Of a DNA stretch of 64,000 nt, positions 35,610 to 47,187 are shown piece by piece. The DNA lies in assembly GCA_964057225.1 (NCBI GenBank), contig OZ059897.1:11408001-11472000 (forward strand), in the 5' to 3' direction. The notes beneath the pieces are model-generated. The model had not been told where the DNA came from, ran no database searches, and saw only the letters and a program-made list of their open reading frames with translations. The first letter of the stretch is position 1. Each line of letters starts with the position of its first letter. This DNA comes from Auanema rhodensis. Lineage: Eukaryota > Animalia > Nematoda. The translations under genes were made by a program, and so were the position numbers.

Positions 35610-36840
35610 CATTGGGCCATTGTTCATCTGCATATTCATGAACATTTGTACCGTTTTTTAACACAACCGTTTCAAAGTCATAGAATATAATCTTAAACAA
35701 GTAAGCATTACACTTGTAAAGATGTAAAATACAAACCTTGTATTTTTCTTGCCTCTTTTTTAACTGATCCTTCTTCTTGTCGTTAGGTGGTACCCAACAA
35801 CAAGAATGATCTTCAGGCTTTGTCTGACCACACTTTTTGCAAAATTTCTCATTGCAATTGTGCGGTCTATCTGCACGCACCCTGTGATAATGATCACAGT
35901 TTTCACATGTCTGAATTTAGTCTTGTAAAATTTTATATATATTTTTTAAATTACCTTAAACATTCGACATGTTTTTCTAATATGCCTGTCGAAGCATTGA
36001 CGAGTTTTAAACAAAACTCTACAACTATCACATCTTATGCTACTTTCAACCACATTTTCCATCGAATTACAATTTAAGGTGTGGCATTTCTTACACTTGG
36101 CTTTACATCTATGCAACACTGTTTTGTAAGATAATTTACAGTGTTGGCATATAATACCATCAAAAAGCTGTGATCTACTACAAGTAGTAATACAGTCATA
36201 ATGATTATTTCGGTAGCCTAGTGTTACCACTTTGCTAGCCGTTTCATTAAAGATACGCTGAATAGCGTACATACGCTGTCCAGGTGGCCTAGCGTATACT
36301 ACAAACTTATAGTCTGTACTACAACTTGCAATAATATTTAAATGGTTTAAATTATAATTTGGTAAATGTACAGAAATACCACACCTATTTAATAAATTGA
36401 TATGATGTGGTTGATTTGGCAACAAGATGTAGTTGCGACGAAGATTTTGTATCCTCCGCTTTTCAACAACATCTTCTGCTGCCTCTTCATCGGCTTTCCA
36501 CATTCCCACAACTGCTGCTCTAGCCAGGCAATGAGTGTCAGTGTTCTCAATTGTGCCAGGTATTTTGAGTTCGGCATCAAAATAGAAACCAACTCTACCT
36601 TCACCAGGCATCAGGCTTGGCTGCACTGGTCTCTCATCAAACACATACATTTCAATATTCATTGCCTGGCTAATTACAGCCTCTCGCTTTGATTGCTGCA
36701 CCTTGCTGATGGCATTCATGATGGCAACGCCATCCAAATGCTCCCTTCTACGGAAATCCATAAATATGGATCCCTTTTCAAAGGATGGGTGCTCTATTGA
36801 TAAACAAAATAGCACTTTTTGTTTATCTGGCACACCACTC
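35610..36840 (-). pseudogene. pPolB N-terminal fragment (B-type), introns retained
   Basis: Near-identical to 18280-19430. Confidence 0.88.
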
Positions 36841-38833
36841 CATAAAAATGCGGCCCATTGATGTTAAAGCAAATATATTCATTGAAGAATATGCACCAGC
36901 TGTTAAAAGCCGCTTTAAAATTGGTGATACTGTTCGCATAAGTAAAAATAGGCGTACTTTTGAAAAAAGCTACGAGTCTGGATATACAATGGAGCTGTTC
37001 ACAATTGATGAGGTTGTAACCGGAAACCCAACCGTGTATAAACTTGTAGATTATAATGGTGAACGTATAAAGGGAATATTCTACGAACCTGAACTTGTCT
37101 TGGCTACTAATAAAAGCAACCAGTACTATATAGAAAAAGTTTTAAAAGAGCGTACACGAAATGGTAAACGCCAAGTATTTGTAAAATGGAGTGGCTATCC
37201 CGACAACTTTAATGAATGGATAGATGCAGAAAATTTAAATGTATATTTTTTCACTGTTGTTGTAAACAATTGTATTAATAATAAATGATTTATTTGATCA
37301 ATCGTTCATATTGTAACAATAAAAAACCAGCAAAACATAAAAGCCAAGACAATGATATAACCTATAATTATAAACTGATTAATATTTAAATTTTTAATGC
37401 TTACCAGTTGGTTAGAGAGTCGGCTGTTGATGGATAATTTCAAACTTCAAGAGCTGGAAAAAAATGTTACGGCTAAGAAAATTTAAATATAACATAACAA
37501 AATCAACCAACTGTCCATTAAACAGTTTGTGCTTGTTGTAGTCAAAACGATGGATCAAAACGGATAAGCATATTCAAGTTGAGCGCCTGTTGACTTAATT
37601 TAAAGTAGAACACATTCTGCTTATAACCAAAAGACTTGACAGTTGACTCATCAGTATAGATGGCAATGTAACTCATATTATTCAACAATTGTTTTGATGA
37701 CATGCTAGAGTAGGAACGCATCTGTAAAAGAAAAAATAATAATTAGAATTAATAATTTTATAATCTTACATTGATTGTTGAATTGATCGCAGGATTGTTG
37801 CGAAAAACAGACTTGTACACATCCGATTACAAGTACAACATTTCCAGACACTTTGTAGAATAGAAACTCTTACAAAATGTTAACACATGTTCTAATTTTA
37901 AATAAAAATTCATTGTTCAATAAATATATTACGAAACATTTATTCTATTCTTGAACATAGTTATGAAATACATTAGCTATCAGAACATTTATAAACTATT
38001 AGGGCTACAACGACAATTACTTTAAAGTAACATTTTTGATGTTAAAAAGTTTGAAAATATTCGTATATACTCATGACCCCTTGGCATAGTAAGTATTCTT
38101 TAGCGTTATGGGTACATGTGGTGTACAGCTATTTATCATATTTTTATGAACACAACTTTTGCCATGTGGTACATGTGTAGTGCACCTGTTTTAACGATCT
38201 TATCGAATTAACCTTCGATACGTGTTTCATTAAATTTAGTTTAAATATTTAGAACTTCTTATCGAATTGACCTTCGATATGAGTTCCATTGATTAACCCA
38301 TATGAGGTACGGTGAACATATTGATTACCTTTTAAAAATGTTTTTAAATAAATAAAAAACAATATATATGAGAAATAATTTATTCAGTTTTAAAGATACA
38401 ATTAAAAAATATATAAATATTAAAATACATTTAAAAATAAATATTATTAAAAATATATTTAAAAAGAAATAATTAAATAATAATATTTACAAATACAATT
38501 TACAAATATATAAATAATAAAAATTCATTTAAAAAGAAATAATTTTGAAAATATTTACAAATACAACTAACAAATATATAAATAATAAAAATTCATTTAA
38601 AAATACATTAAAAAATGATTTTAAAAAAGATTTAAAATCATGCATTTTGATCCATGCGCAGGCTCGAGAGCCTGCCTCGGGAGGAAAAGTATATTTTTGA
38701 CAGCTGACGCCGAAAATATGATTTTAACAGTTGACGCCCCCAAAAGTATGATTTTAGCAGCTGACGCCCTCAAAAGTATGTTTTTAGCAACTGTTTGGGG
38801 GCGTGGTTAGTAAATTCGGCATGGCTCTCTACT
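36841..38833 (+). mobile_element. Maverick right-end fragment: integrase C-terminus/chromodomain, partial cargo gene, TIR type I ending CTCTCTACT
   Basis: Homologous to 42402-44810. Confidence 0.88.
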
Positions 38834-38906
38834 AACGTAACTGTTTCACCAATCTTATCGAATTAACCTTCAATGTGTGCTCTATAGAGTTATTGTATTG
38901 TTATAT

Positions 38907-39305
38907 TGTAATATCCTTAAGTTGGATATTAATATTCCATGATTGACCCTTAGATTGATGTGTTGTAAAAGAAACAATAAGATTTGAGGAAGAGAGAAAG
39001 ATTTATTATAAATAAAAAACATTTAAACAATAAACAAATAAAGATAAAGATAAGTCCGCCAACTGAAGATTCAGTTGAATGGCAAGCTTATATAGCGAAT
39101 GTTATCAGCATTTTCCACGAAAGGTTATAAGTTGTCAATGACAATTATAACTATCTCGGAAAATGCTGAAGCTGCAAAATATAACTGATAACATAATACA
39201 CTAAGACAAGAAACTAGAATTATAAAATATAAAATATAAAACACAGAATAAAGAAATACATAAAAATTATAGAAAGAATAAAGTACATAATTATAAAGTA
39301 TAACA
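38907..39305 (-). repeat. Gypsy family 1 LTR (399 bp)
   Basis: Appears identical to 26278-26676; followed by GAAA, matching the GAAA before 26278. Confidence 0.95.
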
Positions 39306-40214
39306 GAAAGACTAGCGGATGTGGTCGATTTCTAACAGTGCAAGCAGATTTGGTTGATATTCAAAAATATAAAAAATTAAACGACGGCTATGCTTACATG
39401 TTGACCATGATTGATGTTTATACACGCATGTTATATGTTAGCCCTTTGAAAACTAAAGGTGGTATAGAGGTTGCTAGTGCATTTGCAAATTTATTCAAGA
39501 ATTTTATACCTATTCAGTTGATTACTGATAATGGCACAGAGTTTTATAATAGTCATTGTGAAAAACTATTCAAAAAGTTTGCCATACTGCACGGATCTAC
39601 AAGTTCACCACAAAAGGCTGCAATGTTGGAGCGAGCAAATAGAACTTTAAAAACACGCATGATGAAATATCTCTATTACAAGAATAATCATTGATGGATT
39701 GATATCCTAGATGATTTCGTTGAAGGAATAAACAAATCTTATAATAGGTCAATTAAAATGCGGCCCATTGATGTTAAAGCAAATATATACATTGAAGAAT
39801 ATGCATCAGCTGTTAAAAGCCGCTTTGAAATTGGTGATACTGTTCGCAAAAATAGGCGTACTTTTGAAAAAAGCTACGAGTCTGGATATACAATGGAGCT
39901 ATTCACAATTGATGAGGTTGTAACCGGAAACCCAACCGTGTATAAACTTGTAGATTATAATGGTGAACGTATAAAGGGAATATTTTATGAGCCTGAACTT
40001 GTGTTGGCTATTAATAAAAGCAACCAGTACTATATTGAGAAAGTTTTGAAAGAGCGTACACGAAGCGGTAAACGTCAAGTATTTGTAAAATGGAGTGGAT
40101 ATCCCGACAACTTTAATGAATGGATAGAAGCAGAAAATTTAAATGTATAATTTTTCAATGTTATAAACAATTGTAATTATAATAAATGATTTATTTGATA
40201 TATCGCATAATGTA

Positions 40215-41345
40215 ACAATAAAAAACCAGCAAAATACAAACAACAATTCAACCTGCAAAAAAAAAAATGTAGACTATTCAAATTTTCAAATTCTTACCAG
40301 TTGGTTGATCATTCGTCCTCAATTGATGAGCCATTGATGGATATTCGCAAGAGCTGGAAAAAAAATGTTACGGCTGAGAATATAAAAATGCCACATAACA
40401 AAACAAGAATAAAACACAAATTGTACTATTTGTGCTTGTTGTAGTTAAAATGAAGGATCAAAGCGGATAAACATGTTCAGGTTGAGTGCTTCTGGAATTA
40501 GTTTAAAGTAGAATACATTTTGCTTATAACCAAAAGTCTTTACAGTAGCCTCATCTGCATATATAACAATATAGCCCATATTTCTCAACAATTGCTTGCA
40601 CGTCATGGTGTTATAAGAGCGCATCTAAAAAATGATAAAATTGAAAATAAATAAATATGCAAGCTTACATTAATAGAGAAATTTTCGAGCTTATAGTGAC
40701 GAAATTCCTTCAAAAGACCCAACGCATCATTCCTTCCTCTACACTTTATACAGAGGCTGAAACAGTGATACTCGTCTATAACATGCAATGATTCCCTACA
40801 AGTTTTGCAGAGACAAATTGGTCTCATTAATACACTTCTTGGTGGAGTGCTCTCTCTCAGAATCTCTATCTGCTTTATTGGTGAATCTAAATTAAAGATT
40901 TAAAAAATACAAGTTAAGGTTCATACCAAAACTTGTAAAAATTTGGAGCTGGTGTGGGTGGTCGTGGTACTTCAGGTTCAGGCGATTTGCGCACAACATT
41001 TGTCACATCAGCAAGTACAGCACGCTTCATTTCCGTGGCAAAAGATGGTGAAACGTCGGATCCTCGGATAGTTGGCAGAACTGAAATGTAAATGTAGCAA
41101 AATTGCCAACCTTTTATACAAAGATTTTTGTAAAGTACAACCCATTGTGTTACAATCAAGTTTGCTGATGAAATTCTTTTATTAATTAGATTTTACAGCA
41201 TATTTATGCAGATATACTCATCTCATCGACAGTTGCCAGCAGTTGGCGCACTCTAAACCTGTAAACAATCTGCATATTAATTAGTTTTTACATCTCTTTA
41301 AACATTATTGTTTACCGTTTGTGCCATAAACAACAGCCATCTCTG
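40215..41345 (-). CDS. Spliced Maverick cargo gene of unknown function (Cys/His cluster); boundaries approximate
   Basis: GT-AG introns; exon RPICLCKTC..EYHCFSLCIKC; divergent paralog at about 42700-43640 and a partial copy at 37330-37780. Confidence 0.6.
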
Positions 41346-41779
41346 TAAAACATTTACGCTTTTTAAACTTTGTTTAATAGCTCATATATTATTCATAGTA
41401 TACTTTTACACCCATATTGTAGCACAAAACATATGACTGCCAACGTTTTATATGCGAAAAATATTTCATTCTTGAATATTTACTAATGATTATATTACGA
41501 AACTAAAACTTTTGATATGTTAAAATGATTATACTATATTTAAACCCCCATAGTGCAGTTATTGGTGTTTATTAACCATCGATATGCGTGGCGTTGAGGT
41601 CAGCGCAACTGTTTGTTAATCTTATTGTATTTACCTTCAATGTGTGCTCTATTTAGTTATTGTATTGTTATATTAGTAAAATAAAGTTTAAAACTATCTT
41701 TTCTTTTAATTGGAAACTTTTACTTGTTAGAATAAATAAAATTAATAGCAATTTTTAATTTCAAAAATTAATAATTTAA

Positions 41780-42401
41780 TGTCGTTCTTATCGAATTAAC
41801 TTTCGATATGTGTTCCATTAAATTTTGGTATTTCATATCGTTCTTATCGAATTAACCTTCGATATGTGTTCCATTGAATTACCCATAACAAGTACGGTGA
41901 ACAAAATTATTTACATGCAAAAATTTTATTGTTCTTTAAAATAAAAACAATACAAACACAACACAATAAAAAATAAACAAAATAAGTAAACAAAAATTAT
42001 TAATAAATATAATAAATAAATAAAATTTAAAAACAAATTTATATATTTAAAATTTATATTTTTTATTTTCACTTAATATATTTGAAAATAATTAAAAACA
42101 TATACACACATTTGAAAAAAAAATCTTGCTAAAAATCATGATTTTTAAAGTACATTTGAAAAAACAAATTTAAAATTTGATTTTAAAAAAAATCATGCTT
42201 TAAATCATGTTTTTTAATTCTAAAAAAGGAAACTCCATGAACCATGATCCCAAAATATGATTTTAACAGCTGACGCTCAAAAATATGGTTTTGACAGCTG
42301 ACGCGCCCCAAAAGTATGTTTTTAGTAGCTGACGCCCCCAAAAGTATGTTTTTGACAGCTGTTTGGGGGCATGGTTAGTAAATTTTGCACGGCTCTCTAC
42401 T
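41780..42401 (+). repeat. Maverick TIR type II with about 31-bp terminal tandem repeats
   Basis: Reverse complement of 63774-64000; ends GCACGGCTCTCTACT. Confidence 0.9.
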
Positions 42402-44810
42402 ACCGTGTATAAACTTGTAGATTATAATGGTGAACGTATAAAGGGAATATTCTATGAGCCTGAACTTGTGTTGGCTACTAATAAAAGCAACCAGTACTAT
42501 ATTGAGAAAGTTTTGAAAGAGCGTATACGAAATGGTAAACGCCAAGTATTTGTAAAATGGAGTGGCTATCCCGACAACTTTAATGGATGGATAGATGCAG
42601 AAAATTTAAATGTATAATTTTTCACTGTTGTTGTAAACAATTGTATTAATAATAAATGATTTATTTGATCAATTGTTCATATTGTAACAATAAAAAACCA
42701 GCAAAACATAAAAGCCAAGACAATGATATAACCTATAATTATAAACTGATTAATATTTAAATTTTCAATGCTTACCAGTTGGTTAGAGAGTCGGCTGTTG
42801 ATGGATAATTTCAAACTTCAAGAGCTGGAAAAAAAATGTTACGGCTAAGAAAATTTAAATATAACATAACAAAATCAACCAACTGTCCATTAAACAGTTT
42901 GTGCTTGTTGTAGTCAAAACGATGGATCAAAACGGATGAGCATATTCAAGTTGAGCGCCTGTTGACTTAATTTAAAGTAGAACACATTCTGCTTATAACC
43001 AAAAGACTTGACAGTTGACTCATCAGTATAAATGGCAATGTAACCCATATTATTCAACAATTGTTTTGATGACATGCTAGAGTAGGAACGCATCTGTAAA
43101 AGAAAAAATAATAAGTAGAATTAATAATTTTATAATGTTACATTGATTGTTGAATTTTCAGGTTTATAATGACGGAAAACTTTTAAAAGCCCTATGGCAT
43201 CATTCCTCGCTCTAAACTTGACACAGAGGCTGAAACAGTGGTACTCGTCTACGACTTGCAATGTATCCCTACAAGTTTTGCAGAGACATATTGGTCTCAT
43301 AACTACAGGCTGTTGTGGAGAGCTATCCTTTGAGATTTGTATCTGCTTTTTTGGTGTGTCTAAACAAAAAATAATTAATAACAAAAATGAAACCTTACCA
43401 AAGAATGTGGCAGCAAAGTTGGGTCCTGGTGTGGGTGGTCGTGGAATATCCGGTTCCGGTGTCGAAGGTACAATATTCTCTACATCAACACTAGAAAACA
43501 CCGATTGCGCCAACAGTTGCCGGATTAACAACCTGTAAACTATCCGCTTATTACTTACTTGTTACAGCATTCGATTTCGTAAATACAAATATTTAACAAT
43601 GATTCAACTCATTTGTGACAAGTTCCTATACAATAACAACTGTCATCCAAAATTGTGGAAGATTACAATAGGATCGTTTAATATTGTATCCATATTCTTA
43701 TTATAACAGCTGTGGTACACTCTTATTTTCAGGAAACACTAATTCAAAATGTTGGATCCTACTGAGGAAACGCAGGATTGTTGCGAAAAACAGACTTGTA
43801 CACATCCGATTACAAGTACAACATTTCCAGACACTTTGTAGAATAGAAACTCTTACAAAATGTTAACACATGTTCTAATTTTAAATGAAAATTTATTGTT
43901 CAATAAATATATTACAAAACATTTATTCTATTCTTAGCCATAGTTATGAAATACATTATCTATCAGAACATTTATAAACTATTAGGGCTACAACAACAAT
44001 TACTTTAAAGTAACATTTTTGATGTTAAAAAGTTTGAAAATATTCGTATATACTCATGACCCCTTGGCATAGTAAGTATTCTTTAGCGTTATGGGTACAT
44101 GGTGTACAGCTATTTATCATATTTTTATGAACACAACTTTTGCCATGTGGTACATGTGTAGTGCACCTGTTTTAACGATCTTATCGAATTAACCTTCGAT
44201 ATGTGTTTCATTAAATTCAGTTTAAATATTTATTACTTCTTATCGAATTAACCTTCGATATGAGTTCCATTGATTAACCCATAAGAGGTACGGTGAACAT
44301 ATTGATTACCTTTTAAAAATATTTAAATAATTAAAAAAAACAATATATATGAGAAATAATTTATTCAGTTTTAAAGATACAATTAAAAAATATATAAATA
44401 TTAAAATACATTTAAAAAGAAATATTATTAAAAATATATTTAAAAAGAAATATTATTAAAAATATATTTAAAAAGAAATAATTAAATAATAATATTTAAA
44501 ACATATATAAATATTAAAAATACATTTAAAAAGAAATAATTTTAATAATATTTGAAAAATACAATTAACAAATATATAAATAATAAAAATTCATTTAAAA
44601 ATAATACATTAAAAAATAATTTTAAAAAAGATTTTAAAAAAAACCATGCATTTTGATCCATGCGCAGGCTCGAGAGCCTGCCTGGGGAGGAAAAGTATAT
44701 TTTTGACAGCTGACGCCGAAAATATGATTTTGACAGCTGACGCCCCCAAAAGTATGTTTTTATCAATTGTTTGGGGGCGTGATTAGTAAATTCGGCATGG
44801 CTCTCTACCT
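42402..44810 (+). mobile_element. Maverick right-end fragment (integrase tail, cargo gene 42700-43640 minus, TIR type I)
   Basis: Begins mid-integrase directly after another Maverick terminus; ends GGCATGGCTCTCTAC. Confidence 0.88.
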
Positions 44811-46069
44811 CTTATTAATATTTTGTCGGATATCCAATATTATCTATCACTGCTTGAAGTCTTCTGGGCATTGATTCGACGAGCTTCTTTAGAATATCCG
44901 GTGATATTTCTAACCAGAGGGTACTGAGAACTCTGAACTTCTCATTTTTGTTGGAACAGGGAAACTTGGATGCACGTCGACCAAGTTTACTCCAAAGATG
45001 CTCAATGGGATTCAGATCTGGAGACTGGCTAGGCCATTGTAGCACATTCAGTCGATTTTCTTCTAGGAACTTAGTAGTCGAACGAGCTGTGTGTTTTGGA
45101 TCATTGTCCTGCTGAAGAATGAACCTATTTCTAGTTCCAAACTTCATAACAGCATACGGCAGGAAGCAGGTTCGTAAGATGTTCTGATAATCCTCGGCAC
45201 ACATCCTGCCTTCAACACGATAAAGTGGCCCAACTTCGGAAGCGCTAAAACAGCTCCAAATCATGACGTTGCCGCCACCATGCTTCACCGTAGGTCGCAT
45301 GAATTTACGGTTGAATCGCTGGTTTGGTGGTCTTCTTACGAATCTTGGTCCGTCGTTTCCAAATAAGCAAAACTTGCTTTCATCGGTGAATATAACGGAG
45401 GACCACTGTTCGAACGTCCAATTCAGATGCTTTTGCGCAAACGCAATCCTCTTCTGCCTGTTAGCAACGGATATCAGAGGCTTCCGAGCTGGAACACGAG
45501 CTCTTAGGTTTTTCGACAACAATCTTCGTTGTATATTAGAAGGATGTAGATGAATCTTGAACATTTGTAGGACATGCTGGCTTAACTCTAACGACGTCAT
45601 ATCCGGATGTCTTTCTATGAGTTTAATAATTAAAGAATCTTGTCGTACTGCTGTCTTTTTCTTTCTTCCCCTGGTTTCGTTCTGTTCAACTTGGTTTTGA
45701 TTGGTCCATACATTCTGAATCGTACTCTTCGGGATTCCCTGCATCTCACTAATCTTTCGTACGGTCAGCCCTTCATTTTTCTTTTCGATAATGAGGCTTC
45801 GAAGCTCTGGAGTAGTTTTCTTGCCCCTAACCATCTTAAATTATAAATTTTAATTTTTCATCATTTAAAACAACCAAAAAAGCATTATATTCAATTTTAA
45901 ACTTATATAAATTTCGAAAATTTCATTTTTCATCTTTGTCACTTGTTTTTTAATCAATATGTTGCTACTTCAACCTGAAAACTAAATTAAATTTTTTGAT
46001 TGGTTTGTAGTTTGAGTTTCGCCGTCTGGCCTCTCTTTTTGGTTGTCCCAACTATTTCGCACAGGACTG
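44811..46069 (-). mobile_element. Tc1-like transposon 3; 3' TIR replaced by a Maverick end
   Basis: 5' TIR CAGTCCTGTGCGAAATAG at 46069 flanked by TA. Confidence 0.9.
44815..45834 (-). CDS. Intact Tc1 transposase, DD34E
   Basis: FTDESKF, QQDNDPKH and SPDLNPIE with 34 residues between D and E; paired-like HTH N-terminus. Confidence 0.96.
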   Translation of the reverse strand: MVRGKKTTPELRSLIIEKKNEGLTVRKISEMQGIPKSTIQNVWTNQNQVEQNETRGRKKKTAVRQDSLIIKLIERHPDMTSLELSQHVLQMFKIHLHPSNIQRRLLSKNLRARVPARKPLISVANRQKRIAFAQKHLNWTFEQWSSVIFTDESKFCLFGNDGPRFVRRPPNQRFNRKFMRPTVKHGGGNVMIWSCFSASEVGPLYRVEGRMCAEDYQNILRTCFLPYAVMKFGTRNRFILQQDNDPKHTARSTTKFLEENRLNVLQWPSQSPDLNPIEHLWSKLGRRASKFPCSNKNEKFRVLSTLWLEISPDILKKLVESMPRRLQAVIDNIGYPTKY

Positions 46070-47187
46070 TATATTTTATATATTTATTTTTTAATTTTAT
46101 TTGTTTACATTGTTTATAGATTGTGTTTATTATAGTTTATAATTATTAATTTAACTTTTAAAAAGTTTGTTGTTTATCTAGGCGAACCATTTTGTTCACC
46201 ATACCTCTTATGGGTAAATCAATGGAACACATATCGAAAGTTAATTCGATAAGAACGATATGAAATACAAAAGTTAATGGAACACATATCGAAGGTTAAT
46301 TCGATAAGAACGATATGAAATACAAAAGTTAATGGAACACATATCGAAGGTTAATTCGATAAGATCGTTAAAACAGGTGCACTGACCCACACAAAAACCA
46401 CATGGCAAACGTTTTGTACATTAAAATATGATAAATAGCTGTACACCACATGAACCAAGTTGTCTAATATTTTCAAATTACATGAAAGAATAGTTTAAAG
46501 AAATTTTTTTTTTTAATTTTATATTAGTATATTCTAATATACTAACTCAATAAAACACATATCGAAGGTTAATTCGATAGGATTCACAAACAATTGTGTT
46601 GTTTCCAATGGAACACATATCGAAGATTAATTCGATAAGATCGTTAAAACAGGTGCGCTGACCCACACATGTACCACATGGCAAAAGTTTTGTTCATAAA
46701 AATATGATAAATAGCTGTACAGCACAAGTACCCATAACGCTAAAGAATACTTACTATGCCAAGGGGTCATGGGTATATACTTTTTAGTATCAAAAATGTT
46801 AATGGAACACATATCGAATATCAATTCGATAAGATTGGTGAAACAGATACGTTGACCTACAATGAACCAAATGGCAAAGCACTTATTCATTAAAGTATAA
46901 CAAATAGCTGTATAGCATATGCATCAAGATTTCTAATATTCTCAAATTACGTAAAAAGAAGAGTATATAGAAAAAGTTTTAGTGTGTATATTACTAATAT
47001 TCTAATACCCTAACTCAAAGAACACATATCGAAGATTAATTCGATAAGATTGTTGAAACCGGTACGCTGACCACAACAATACATGCGTATTTATTAACAA
47101 CGGATTGGCAACTGCCACTGTTGACAGCTGTAATATGATACAATGTTGAGTGTTGGCAACATTGTTACGTGACAATAAAACAAAAAA

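Larger units (their letters stand above)
26057..40150 (+). pseudogene. Maverick retroviral-like integrase with chromodomain, split (26057-26277 plus 39306-40150) by the gypsy block; stop at 39692
   Basis: Removing 26278-39305 and one GAAA restores RMQTRKTSGCGRFLTVQADLVD. TDNGTEF, ERANRTLK and chromodomain YYIEKVL...VKWSGY...NEW present. Confidence 0.92.
15268..42401 (+). mobile_element. Maverick/Polinton copy B, the most complete copy (possibly chimeric), interrupted by the 26278-39305 block
   Basis: Order TIR, pPolB, MCP, pVI-like, protease, TM, ZnF, penton, ATPase remnant, ORFs, integrase, cargo, TIR ending CTCTCTACT at 42401. Left and right TIR variants differ. Confidence 0.8.

Noticed and set aside
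36785-37288. Novel fusion ORF, and similarly 42363-42617 and 63331-63537
   Set aside because: These are chance read-throughs across rearrangement or insertion junctions.
35490-38906. RNA-mediated transduction of Maverick DNA by gypsy family 1
   Set aside because: There is no PBS beside the outer LTR and the co-oriented pPolB fragment retains introns, which favours DNA recombination.
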